Shown here: positions 1 through 12,139 of the stretch, one piece after another | Position numbering within the stretch: position 1 is the first letter of the stretch | Layout of the letters: the number at the start of each line of letters is the position of its first letter | Assembly: GCA_907165135.1 (NCBI GenBank) | Contig: OU015567.1 | Span: 1,612,001 to 1,676,000, forward strand | Direction: 5' to 3' | From: Oikopleura dioica | Taxonomy: Eukaryota; Animalia; Chordata | DNA: 64,000 bases | Made by a program: the position numbers and the translations under genes | Notes under the pieces: generated by a model | What the model was told of the DNA's origin: nothing | The model's database searches: none | Seen by the model: the letters and a program-made list of their open reading frames with translations, nothing else

Positions 1-108
1 CGCTTTATTCGGTTTTTAGACCAATCAGATCAAAGTATTTTCTGTCCTGTCGAATTATCAGTCTTCTATTCGCCCCAAATAAACAGTAAAAAATTAAAAT
101 ACATTCAG

Positions 109-2573
109 TTTCATCATCAATCAAGCAAGTACAAAGCCAAGCCGGAACCGACTACCAAACAGATTTCGATGATTTCGGCAATTACGGCGACGAGGAGCTT
201 GGTTCTGGATTTTTACAAGATTCGATGATCAACAAGCGTCTCGCACCTGGCTCAAATGTCAACCCCTTTTTTAACCTTATCCAAGAATCGGACAAGGACA
301 CGGGCAATATTATGGAAAGGGCTAGTTTCCGGGAGCTTCTTGAGGAACGGATTTATCAGAAAGAAAATTTAGATATCAAATCTTAAAAATTGATAAAACC
401 AAAATCAGCAAAATAAAAATCTCTTCGCATCATCCCAAAATCGACTCCAAAATCGTCCAAAGAAAAACCGTCGTGAGAAGAAAGACAAAAGAAAGCGCAA
501 AGAGAAAGTTATGGAACCCATCATTGTGAATGAATACGGAATTGCCACAAATTATGTAGAATCTCCCTCTGAAAAAATGTCAGGCAAGGCTTTTCGAAAG
601 AAAAATTAAGAGCTCAGAAAGCGGGATTGTTGATAAGCCAGTCTATAGACTTCCAAGGGCGGCTAGAAGGATTCAACATCAATAAATATAGCGACTCGCC
701 GATTGTTCAAAAAATTCGACAGGCGACCATTGCCAAAGAAGTGACGATTTCAGACAGGAATCGCGAGCCTGGCGCTGGACTCAGCTCGATTAACTCTGGA
801 AAAACAGGTTTGATTTACCCCAAATTTTTTTTTCTTCAAAATATCCCTTTTTCTAGGAGAAATCGGCAGCGAAGAACAAGCGAATGCAAAGAAACTAGAA
901 GTGATTATGAAAATGACGATGTTTCTCCAAGCGTAAATCGTTTTTGGACTTGCTTTTCGTTTAAATTGGTTATTCAGCGATCCGAACTTCGAGAAAGTGT
1001 ACAAATACGGCTGCTGGTGCTTCCGAAACGGTGAGAAATCTGTTTTAGGTGGAAGTGGCAACACTATCGATGGAGCAGATAGAGCTTGCAAGGCGTACCA
1101 GCAGTGCCACAAATGCATGGACAATGACTACAACGATTGCCCAGCTTGGGTGCCCTATCGCTTCGAAGGTATACAATAATCCACGTCAAACGAAAACCCC
1201 TACTTTTAGGTAAAATAAACGATGATGGAAGAAAGACGATCACATGCCTGAATCAAGAAGGAAGTTGCCGTCGAAATCACTGTGAGTGCGACAAAAAACT
1301 CGCCGAAGATCTCGCTCTTCATGAAATGACCTTGAATCCTTTGAACAGACGAGATTTTGGATTTGAGCCGGAGCAAGCTTGCAAAAAGTAAGGATCATAA
1401 CTTATGATTCATAAGCGCAAGAAATACTGATTGATCCAATTTTGTAGAGCTGATTCAAGAAGCATTTCCACCAGCCATGCGACGGAGACAAGTTGCTGTG
1501 GTGTTTATCCGAACAGATTTCCGTAAGTATCATAAATAACAGTCTTTAAATTGATTTTAACTTGAATTAAGGGTACTACCGTCGATTACCCCAATGACCG
1601 GTTATGTTAAATTTTTCATCGGAAATGAATTCCTCATAAAATTTTGACCAAAAAAGGTTCGAACGTTTCATTCATAAAGTCAACCGTTTTCATAATAATA
1701 AGAGTTTTAATTTATTTCTGTACTAGAAAGAATTTTTTCCGAAAAAAATTTTGGTGTCCGATACTTTCAAATAAGGGCTCGATTTGAAGCTTAGAACAAG
1801 ATGAGGATTATGGTAAGATCATTAATTCTTGAACTAAGATATTTTAGCTTCTAGAGACAAAAATGCGTCGCCAAATTTTGAAAAATGCTCAATTTTAGCA
1901 AAATCATAGAGACACAATTTTCAAAAAATTAATTTTGGTATTTTTCTTTTTTCAATCAAGAAAACCTTCTGTCATTTTTAAGATGAAGGTTCAATTTACA
2001 TATAAAAAATAAAATCAGGCTGAGTTTTCAAGCTACTTTTCGAGCTATTTCGCCGTTTATTCAGTCTATTTTTGCAACAATGATATTTTTAAGCGAGAAA
2101 TTAGCCGACTTTCTATTGAGCTATTCAAAAACGCCTCTGACAGATTAAAGATCTAAGATAGTTTAACTTTTAGAGGCCATATGATACCCGCTATCCATGC
2201 CATGTAAAGGGTTATTCAAGGCTAAAGTTGGGGAAATCGAAGGTAGTACCCTTAAGTAGATTTTAAGTAAATTTTCCAAGATAGAACCTGATGACCGGGA
2301 ACTACTTGCTTTTAAAGTTGAACTATTTCTATCATCGGCTATTTGAATTAATATCTATTTAAAAACTAAAGAAAAAATGCTTTTATTGTGTCCAGAAAAA
2401 ATCGCTGTTCTCTATTTGAGTACTTTAAGTAGCCATCTTTTTCTAGATTCGTCTCGAACCGAAATCAAGGAGAATCCCTCCGAAAATGCTGCTTGAACAA
2501 AACCTACGATCCAAGAAAACTCGCCTGCTGCCCCGGCCACGAAGTGAAAAACCACGGAACTTGTGGGGTTTAA
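109..2573 (+). CDS. Secreted PLA2-like (probably non-catalytic) protein with Cys-rich CC-repeat tail; multi-exon, 5' end outside window
   Basis: YGCWC...DRACKAYQQCHKC...CRRNHCECDKKLA PLA2 Cys pattern across exons near 997-1168 and 1211-1387. Tail CCGVYPNRFP|FVS...CCLNKTYDPRKLACC joined over intron 1523-2446; stop 2571-2573. Confidence 0.75.
1571..2251. mobile_element. Non-autonomous DNA transposon (MITE), TTAA TSD, GG termini (Kolobok-like), inside a PLA2-like intron
   Basis: 24-bp TIR GGGTACTACC(G/T)TCGATT(A/T)CCCCAA; TTAA at 1567-1570 and 2252-2255. Confidence 0.85.
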
Positions 2574-3534
2574 TCGAATTCGCCAAGAAAAACACCATCG
2601 CTGAAAAATTCAAACGACGAATGCGAATTCGATGCTTCTCGAATAGAGCGAGTAACTAGGAGTCGATCTATTCCAGAAAATTAATTTTAATTCGAAACAT
2701 CAGATTTGCGACTTTGAAGAAGTAAGCCGCTGACTGTAAATATGCATTTTTTAAGAAGAACCCTGAATTTGGGATTTGTGGACGAAAAATGCTCAACTTG
2801 GCCGAGTGGAAGCATTTTTCTCCCTGAATAAATTTTCATACAAAATCATGCTTTTTATTGAATAATATTCACACAGGCAATTTCCGAAGCTTCTGTTTCC
2901 GCTTTTCATCAAGGCCAAGAAACCACTTCGGTCCAATCCCAAAAGCAAATGGCAAATTCAAAATCAGAGGCTAAAAATTTGATCAATTATTGAACTGCAA
3001 AGTTGACTTACGAGAGCTCGAAAAACGCCAGAAATCCAAATGCTTAGCTTCAAGGCATCCAAGGTCCCAGTTTCTTCCCTCTTCGTCACCTTCTTCGTCC
3101 CCTCTTGCTGTCTTGGAAAATTTACCCTTTGTGAAGGTTACGATGATGCCGTAAATGATCATTAAACAACCCGCGAGGGTGGAACCAGACTCCTCGATCA
3201 ACTGTCGATTCTGTTCTATAATTGATCGATTATTTTGTTGACTGCAGAATTTTAACTACTGTACCGATAACTTGGCTCATTAGGGCTAAAAGATTGGTAA
3301 TTATCAATTTGCCGCTTGAAAAAGCGAAAAGTGCTGAAAACCAATTTGGATTGAGTAAAACTCTCATCTTCGAAAAGAACCCTTTGCAAGAAGAGTCTTC
3401 TATGATTTCATCATTTTCTTCTCGATCTTTCTCGATAAGCGGCAATTTTTCTTTGAAAACAGCATCAAGGAGGGTTTTTCAATTATTCTTTTGTCAATTA
3501 AAATATAAAAAATTCAGTATTTAGTTTTCATTAA

Positions 3535-6019
3535 GGAGGTCGTCCTCGCTTTTTGGGATTTCGGCACTTTTTGAACAACGCTCACACAAATTTGGGCTTA
3601 TCAAGGAGGATAAAAACTTCTGTTTTAAAAAAGACTCTCCGAGGTCTAGAGTTGCCACTCCACAAAAGAAAATTTAATTAATCGCGTAAGGAGTTAGAAA
3701 GCAATTTACTAGCCTATATGCTAAGTTTTTCACGCTTGGTCTTCCAGCAGGGTGAGTCCTCCGGGGGTCCTCCAAGGTGTCATGTGATCAAGGAAATTCC
3801 ATTAAATTATTTTTTTACAATTATATTTATATGCTCGAAAATGTTTTAAAATTATTCTTCTTCCAGCAAGATTTTGTCTTCCACCAGTATTAAATGAAGG
3901 TCCTCCGGGCGATTCCTGATCGATCAGAAACCCTAGCACTAAATTTTTTTCTTCCAAGATGATCAGAATTTCAAGGCGCATCGATTGAGAGTACTTTCGT
4001 CCTCATAGCTCGGTGCGTTCGGAAAATGGTATTTTCGGTGAGTTTAAATGGTGCTAGAAATTTACCACGTGATCATTGGGAAATTTTTCTTTCGAAAATG
4101 TCATCCATGTGTCTTGGACACATGTGTTACAAATTTTTAGCCTCCCACGACCATCCATTAAAAAGTTGATTTTTTGTAAGTTTACCCTACATATAGGGTG
4201 GCGCGCAAAAAAAAATCAACTTTGGCATCATATATCGTATAGGGATCATTTTTAGATATAATAGGACGGTGGAAATTCCGAATCTGAAAAAAGAAATTTT
4301 GTGCGACCTCAGAAAGTACTATTTTTTAGTACTCGAAAAGCTATTTTCTGACCGCCTGCAGATAGAGAAAAAATTTTAGGCTCGTTTGGACACTCGGGTG
4401 GGGAAACACGGATTGAGTTGGCCCACTCCGCACGTGGGGCTAAGGCACAGAAGGTGTCAAGCCGAGAGTCAATAGATGCAAGGGACCACGCCGCCGATGC
4501 GAACTCCTGCAGAGTCCAGTTCGGGGCCAAGTTTGGAGCAAGTCTCGGTGTGAGACCTTGAGTAAACAGAATCAAGGGTCACATTGAGCCCGAGATTAGG
4601 ATCAAGCTCATCCTCGGATCAGCCCTAAAAATGAAGATATAGATGACCGAAAAATAGAATTTGATGAAACTACGCCCAATAGGGTAATCAGGGGCGTAGA
4701 ATCCGAATCTTTGATCGAAAAAGACTTTTAATGACAAATAAGCCACGGGCAGTAATCTTTAGAACAATTACTGCCCTTAATTTCTGAAAGTATTTCCTAG
4801 TTCCGGAGAGGCTCATTTCTTATGAGAGCAGTATTTGTTGTAAAGATTACTGCCCTTGGTTATCTAGTATTTTCTGGATCCTGAGCGTCATTTTTTTGAA
4901 GTTCTTTTATTAAATCTTTTCCTTAATTAGTTATTTGTTCTATCAGCTGCTTGATAAAAGTTTGTCAATCTTAATTGCTTCCGATTTGAAAATTAAAAAG
5001 ACAGTTGCGACATATAACTTGCAGCTAAAGACTCAAACAGAAGGCAGAAAAAGGGCAGTAATTGTTGTAAAGATTCCTGCCCTTGGCTCATTTGACATTA
5101 AAAGTCTTTTTCGACCAAAGATTCGGATTCTACGCCCCTGATTACCGTCTATGGCGTAGTTTCATCAAATTTTATTTTTGGTCGTCTTTATCTTCACTTT
5201 AAGGTCTTATCCGGAGATGAGCTTGATCCTGATCTCGCGCTCAATGTGACCTTTGATTCTGTTTACTGAAGGTCCCACACCGGGACTTGCTCCAAACTTT
5301 GCCCGGAACCGTACTCTGCAGGAGTTCGCCCCGGCGGCGTGGTCCCTTGCATCTATTGACTCTCGGCTTGACACCTCCTGTGCCTTGGCCCCACGTGCGG
5401 AGTGGGCCAACTCAATCCGTCGTCTGCCCACTCGGGTATCTCCAACATATCCGAAAATGAGATATCTAGCTCTTTTATATCAAAAGCTGAATTTTTTGCG
5501 TGCCACCCTACTAACATATCTCTGCCAAAATCGTCATTTTGACCTATTTTTGAACACGCGTAGAACCACCAAAACTCAATCGCGAATTCGAACCGTAAAT
5601 ATTTTTGAAAGCTTATACGCTGGTCTAAAGTTGCCATATAAGAAAATTTGAAAATTCAAAAAAAATCATTTTGTAATACAATCGATCAAACCTTGAGTCT
5701 CAAAAACTTGAAAAAATGAGTTTTTGAAAGAAGGTTTATCTTATATAACCTTTACACAAGAAATACTATTTATCATTTTTATCTTCTAGAGACCATCATA
5801 AATAAAAATAAGGCAATAACTTTCGATGAAAAAGTCACAAATTTTCGAGTTTTTCAAATTTTTCATCAAAATCTCACTTTTCAAGTGCGATTTTGGGGGC
5901 TTTCCTCTGGCTTTTTAAAAAACTGATCAACACAAACTTTGCAGCTCTTTTATCGAGCTTTTAAAATCTGGAAAGAAAATTTGAAAATTCCGATTTTCTC
6001 AAAACCGAGGACTACCTCC
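3535..6019. mobile_element. 2.5-kb non-autonomous TTAA-TSD element (Kolobok-like) with an internal inverted module pair
   Basis: TIR GGAGGT(C/A)GTCCTCG(C/G)TTTT; TTAA at 3531-3534 and 6020-6023; no transposase ORF. Confidence 0.85.
4385..5446. repeat. Inverted repeat with ~390-bp arms (4385-4778 / 5051-5446)
   Basis: ggattgagttggcccactccgcacgtgggg... matches the reverse complement near 5390-5419; the homologous ORFs 4309-4575(-) and 5253-5651(+) are a by-product. Confidence 0.9.
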
Positions 6020-6903
6020 TTAAAACCGTTTCTATTAGACTCGTAAAAGAATCCTTCGATTCCAAATTGTACCAAGGCATGAAGAGGAGTGAAAAAATTG
6101 TGGACAAGACCATCATTCCCGCAAAGCCATGCAAAGCAAAAGAGCGGAAATCGTTAGGCTCGTCATATTGAAAAGTCGCGGAAGTTGAAGGTAGAATAAA
6201 AACATTGAGATTGCTGATCCGTATTGAATGGTCCATCCGTAGAGCAAGTTATCCGACACGCCTGGCTCTGCAACAGCTAGAAGAATGTACCCGACAGTAA
6301 CAGAGGATTTAAAGATATGAAGGCCTAAGCCAAAGCCAAGATTGTCACTTAATAAGCCGGCAATCATCAGAAAAACTCCTCCAAGGGCGCCTGAAAGTGA
6401 CACGATCTTGCCAAGTTGTGCGGTTTGGCTTGGGCAAGGCTGGTTTTCTTGACACTCATCAGCGAAGAAACCACTTTTGGAGTAGATTTCGTCGAAGGTA
6501 CTCCATGCATAGGGTTCGCGCCCAAAAATTAAGTGCTCGAAATTCAAGATTATTACAAGTCACAACATAAATGCAAACCTTGTTAAACGTGCTGACATTG
6601 AGGAAGTCCAAATAATATCAATTAAAAAATCTGACTGCAGAACCGGGCTGCCCGCCACCCCTTATAATTCATAAATAAAGGTGAAACGGGGTCATATGTT
6701 AAGATGGCTGACAAGAAATTCAGCTGAAAGCGATGGTTTACTGCTTTATTAGATATATAAAAAAGACTCCATTCTTGTTGAGAATGTTATTTAATTATCG
6801 AAGAATTATTTTCAACTAAGAGACTCGAACTTTATTTGGACAATTCAAGAGGGAGTTTTCCTCTTATAAGAATTATAATAATTTCATAAACGGCACCGAT
6901 TTT

Positions 6904-8814
6904 TTAATAATTGGTGACTGTCTCATGAATCCAGGATTTGGCGACAAAAACAGACGAGTAAATAGCAGGAAATCCTTCTGCAGCACATATGAATCCCCTA
7001 GAAACAACACCACTAAGCGTGGCTCGACCGTTGATCGGACAAATAAGGGGTCCACCAGAGTCACCCTGGCACGGACTCTTGCCGCCATCAGTAATATTGT
7101 CACCGTTGAGATCGGGGACACCAACGCAAATATCGTCCGCGACCAACCTCAAGATTTTTCCATAATAACCTTAAAAATATTAATCTCACGGATGAAAAGC
7201 TCTCAAAAAGACTTACTTTTGTTGGTGCAGTATTCTTGGCTCATTATGTTAACTCCAACAGATACTAGTTCGTCAGATCCAGTCGTTCCTCCTTATTAAA
7301 TGAAAAAAATAATTATGTTTTTCGATCTCTTACCAGGAGACGTAAGGCCCCATCCAGCGGTCCAACACGCTTCCCCGTGATCCGGCTCAGCGTCTGGAAG
7401 ACAAGCGATTCTTGTTTTTTTTTCTGGGTCTGCAGCAATGATATTATTGTCAAATTTGATCAGACACCAATCTGAGTTAGCTCCAGTGCCGTCTGACATG
7501 TTGCCATATTCTGGGTGGTTGTAAAATTCGGTTGATCGGAGAAAATACTGGTCTGAGTCATAAGTGTCAGAATCGATATCACCAAATGTCGCGTAGATCT
7601 CCACCATGTCCTCGCAGCAATGTGCAGCACTCAACACCCAATTGTTGTGGATGATAGTGCCACCGCATCCACGTCCACCTCCGCTACCAATCGTTTCTCG
7701 TAAGAAAAGTCGAGTTATCCAAGGCCACGAGTTCTCACTAGCTGCGACACCACCGACAATCCTCGACATTTCCCCTGTCTCTGTTATATTGCCGGAAGGA
7801 AAGTTGACGTTGTTGGTGCAGCTGTCGAGGTCGACAGTGAGAATTTCAGTCAGGGGCTTAAACTCCGAGGCAGAAGTTGTTTGTGCCTTAGTTGATGTTG
7901 TGCCTGGTTCAGTTGATTCCTCTGTTGGTTGAACAATTGGTTCCTCGGTTAGCGGTTCAGTTGATGGCTCTGTTGGTGGTTCAGTTGGTTGCTCTGTCGG
8001 TGGCTGAGTTTGTGGTTCTGTCGGTGATTCCCTAGGTTGCTCTGTCGCTGAAGCAGTTGGTGGTTCTGTCGGTGGTTCAGTAGGTGGCTCTGTCGGTGGT
8101 TCAGTAGGTGGCTCTGTCGCTGGTTCAGTTGGTAGCTCTGTCGCGGGTTCCATAGGCGACTCTGTCGCTGGTTCAGTTGGTGGTCCTGTCGGTGGCTCAG
8201 TAGGTGGCTCTGTCGCTGGTTCAGTAGGTGGCTCTGTCGCTGGTTCAGTAGGCGGTTCTGTTGCTGGTTCAGTTGGTGATTCAGTAGGTGGGTCTGTCGG
8301 TGGTTCAGTAGGTTGTTCTGTCGGTGGTACAGTTGATTGCTGCGTCGGAGGTTCAGTTGTTGGCGGATCTGTTGGTGGCTCTGTCGTTGGCGTCTTCGGC
8401 GGCTCAAATGATGGCTCTGTTGATGGTTGAAATGGTGCTTCCGTGGGTGAATCAGTTGGTGGCTTTGTCGTTGTTGGTTCTGCTGGTTGTTGGATAGTCT
8501 CTGCATCAGGTACCATGCCGGATTTACGACGGTCAAGTATCTCTTTGAGTTTTTTCCGCATGTAACGAAAAACGATCATTTGCTTTATCCATCGATGTAA
8601 GGCAAACTAAATATAAAACGTTGTTATATGTTTAAGGTTAACCCTCAAATAAAGATGAAGGAACCATGATTTTTTTATAAAATGTATTCCTTCAGTCTGC
8701 TGGTGAATGCGGATTCTTAGAAAGTTAACTCACTTGCCGCGATCTTTGATTACTTTGTTGTTGAATAATCCCGGCATAAGCGAATGCAAAGATAACAAGT
8801 ATTGTAATTCTCAT
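6904..8814 (-). CDS. Secreted S1 serine protease with N-terminal TEPP mucin-like repeats
   Basis: Signal peptide MRITILVIFAFAYAG (ATG 8814); R|IVGG activation site; catalytic motifs SAAHC, SDWCL and GDSGGP. Confidence 0.92.
7940..8490 (-). repeat. Coding minisatellite (12-bp units) encoding TEPP/TEPA repeats
   Basis: Repeated ggtggctctgtc / ggttcagtaggt units; PTEPPTEPATEP in the translation. Confidence 0.9.
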
Positions 8815-9156
8815 AACGATATTTTATCGTTCCATTATATTTTTGCTCTTTAAATACTATCAGTAAAAGCGAGACTGATGGCGAGCAAGAGCTAAATAAA
8901 ATTTCAAAAAATTGACTTTCAAATCTGAACTTATATTTCCCCCTTAGCTAGAGTGACAGATCTTGTCACGGACCGAATGTATCGGAAGCATAAATTGACA
9001 TATTCTGAAAAGTTTCAAGTGTAGTAATATATCTCAAAGTCATGGCATGACTAATCCGGAATCGCAGGAGATACAGACTATAGAACTTGTCTTCATCCAC
9101 GTTTTCTGTCGCAATTTTCACATAAAGATTTTTGGAAGAGAATTTATTTTCATTCT

Positions 9157-9740
9157 TTAAGAATAACGTTTGACAAAATTGCAAAGTTTTTGAATCGCAT
9201 CAAACATTGTTTTGACTTCTTTTTCAACAAAATCTTCCGGGAGCGATTTTTCCAAGCCAATTTTTTCTGATGCTTTCATGGCATCGCCTCCGTTGAAATC
9301 TGAAAAAAACAATCGTCATTTTAAATTTAACTTAACGAAACCAATGTAACAAAGTCGAGAAGTTAGCTCCTCTTCCGGCCTAAGAAAAGTCGAGCCACCA
9401 GGCATCAAGGCGACTTTCTCTTCTTCGAAAAGAAGATCGCACATATCTTGGCCGGTCTTGCAGCTTTTCTCAAGAAGCTTTGCTCGGCAAATTTCGAAAT
9501 CCGGGAACAGATAAAACGCAGCAGAAGCTACAAAGAGGTCATCAGTACTTCAACCAAATTTTGAGTTAACTTTCGACGATTAATTTAAATTTTTTTTCCG
9601 TCCTTGATTATTTCGACCCATTCCTGGATGGCATTTGACTCCAACTTTGACAAGTTCTTTGTAAGCATAATCAGCTACTGCTCCAAGAATTCGCTGGAAG
9701 TGCTTATTGTAATTTCGCATTTCTTCTTCGAACTTGTACA
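9157..9740 (-). pseudogene. C-terminal part of a class I/II (aspartate-type) aminotransferase; 5' part not found
   Basis: RILGAVADYAYKELVKVGVKCHPG...LFPDFE...LFEEEKVALMPGGSTFLRPEEELTSRLCY...DFNG; stop 9157-9159; no PLP-lysine exon visible immediately upstream. Confidence 0.6.
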
Positions 9741-10054
9741 ATTTCAATTTTCAGATTTCGAGCAGTTTATTTCAGATATATGATAGAAAAGGGCAAATAA
9801 GGAATATTTTCTTTTAAAATTTTTCAGAACTAAAAAGGGTTGAAGAGAAAATAAGCCCCAAAAATGGCATAAAATGGGTTGAGCATCTTAGTCAGCCCAA
9901 AATTTAAAATTTCAAAGAAGGGGATGATCAGTAGAGTTTTCTGATCATTAATTGATAAAAAAATTTTGGGAAGCATCTACGGTTTCCCTGTAATGTAGAT
10001 ATATTTAACCTGTAAAAATTTGAAAACAATACGAATTGTCTATCAAAAGATAGA

Positions 10055-10270
10055 TTTTTTGGGCGCGAACCCTATCCATGCAAAAACGAGGACAGCGTGG
10101 AAGCTAAGAATTTACTGACTTGATAGGTAAAAAGGTACTTACAGAAGATCAAAGGTCGCCCAACATAAAACGATCCAATTTTTGAGTTTCAATTTTGTCT
10201 CTTCCTTCATCTTGGTAAATTAGAAAAAAATGCCGAACTCGTTTAACTTCTTGATGAGAAGATATGGAAG
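10055..10270 (+). pseudogene. Degenerate relic of the SLC43-like gene in inverted orientation
   Basis: tttttgggcgcgaaccctatccatg matches the IFGREPYAW-coding DNA at 6504-6528(-); a further block near 10190-10260 resembles IFSLLFMPWYNLE..SFTSLIE. Confidence 0.6.
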
Positions 10271-11553
10271 ATTGGCTCGTTAATGCGGACTTTAATGGCT
10301 CTATTTTGCTCGCTCAGACGACATTTCGCAAGAAAATATTACGACAGGATGTAAAAAAGCCATTTTTTATTTGAAAATTGTTCAAAGCGCGAAATCCGAA
10401 ATAAAATAACAATAATTTTGAGAATTAAGAATACAATTGCCGAAAAATAGAATGAATGATTTATAAACCCTTCAATGTCACTAAATTGAATTGTTTTCAT
10501 CCCTTTGACGGCGGGGTGCTCTTTCGTCTTTGTGGTGCTCATTTGAATGAGCCCAGACTTTTGCCTTTTTAGCGCTGATTTTTGGATAAACCACTTTTCC
10601 AGGAAAAGGGATTTCTTTTTCATTATATAAATTGAAACTGGGAGGCTTCTTTTTTGCTTCGAAAATGAACTACAGTCACTGTTGTTAGAGAAATTACTGA
10701 TATAAAGAGATTATGATGAGAAATTCAGCTTAATTATTCAAAGTAATATTGGTGGGATCTGAATAGATACCCTTGTTAAACATATAATATACTATCTGGC
10801 ATATGCCGAGCCAGAGCGCATTGACTATTCAAAGTATCCTGCTGCTACCGACTATTTAGCAAATTATTACAGTTCGCGCTCGTTAAAAACCGCCCGAGAT
10901 TGGTGTAATCCGCGAAAAGTGGCCCGGATGAAAACATGAATATAAATCATCCCTCTTCGAAGGTGCAAATAATTGAATCCGCTGAGCCGCGGCTTGAGCC
11001 GATTCCAGCTAAGTTAAAAGCAAAATTAATAAACTGAGAAGATCTCCAAGAGCCCGGATCGATATTGGATTGATAGTCGACTCCGCTAGCACACTCCTCC
11101 ATTATTTTATTTTTCAATCATCAACCAAGCGAAAACGAAGAAAAAAAAGAGAATTTTAAAATGGCGCAAGATCGCTAGCAGACAGAAAAAAGAAAATGAG
11201 TGAGAAGAAAGAACAGGGGAAAGAAATGATCAATGAAGAATTGTACAGGGGCTGTCTTGTCTGGAAATGTCACGGGATATTACAGTAAGTGACGGTTTAT
11301 CGACAGATAATTTAATGAGAATCGTTAATTGCCAATTAGTTTGAAGGTCGTTTAATAATTTTTTCGAAGGAATAATGAAATCGATCAATTTTGGAAAAAA
11401 GAGTTGAAAGTCTGACAGACAAAAAACTAAAAATAAATATTCGCTTTTGTGAAACATGAAAATATAGCTAATAAAATTGAAATAGAAATTTCGGTGAATA
11501 ATTTTGATGAAAATTTTTAGTCGAATATGCCGGTGCCGGAATGAATATAAAAA

Positions 11554-12026
11554 ATGGGGATTGTTCGACTCGACGCTTTTATGCTGCTTTGGTTGGACTG
11601 AAAATAACGAAGGTGCGAGGCAACCGCAACTGTGTCAGCCCGAGCAAATCTACAGAACCGTTGTGGTCACGGAGCCGAGCAGAGACCCGAGTGAATATGA
11701 TGAGGCCGATTTGGAATTCATGTGCCAGGTAAACGACCAAAAATAACGGAATGCAAGAGCATTATTTTCCTTTTAGCGGGATATATCAATCGACATGGGC
11801 GTCGATGACGTCGAAGAAACAGCAATCATGGGACTTGACAATGTTGACGTGCTAGACAATGGAGTAAATGAGACTGCTGATTTAGAATATGAGATGAAAA
11901 TGTACTGCCAGGTCGATGACGCAGGTTTCAAGCTCGATTAAAAACCATTCGTTCTAAATGCCACTTTCAGGCGATACATTTGGCAACGACTATGATGCAG
12001 GCGGCGGTGGAGATGATTATTATTGA
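11554..12026 (+). CDS. Small acidic orphan protein (about 3 exons)
   Basis: GLFDSTLLCCFG...DLEFMCQ|gt ... DLEYEMKMYCQ|gt; short introns; downstream AATAAA near 12074. Confidence 0.45.
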
Positions 12027-12139
12027 ACATAGAATGGTACAAAATACTGCTGCTTTTTTTATTTATGGTGCTAAATAAATTGACAAGTTAAAAATTCTAA
12101 ATTTTAAAACAGTGAAAATCATATTATTTGCCATACTAA

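Larger units (their letters stand above)
2880..6598 (-). pseudogene. SLC43/LAT3-like MFS transporter, probably a pseudogene, interrupted by a 2.5-kb element
   Basis: FEHLIFGREPYAWSTFDEIYSKSGFFADEC resembles the SLC43 N-terminus. ATG 6598 is followed by an in-frame TGA (6560-6562), a frame change near 6130, and hydrophobic 3' pieces at 2983-3445. Confidence 0.6.

Noticed and set aside
4309-5651. Paralogous small ORFs 4309-4575(-), 5253-5651(+) and 5207-5431(-)
   Set aside because: Similarity is explained by the DNA inverted repeat; non-ATG starts and no known domain.
7949-8536. Q/N/H-rich 195-aa ORF
   Set aside because: Alternative frame of the TEPP repeat in the protease exon.
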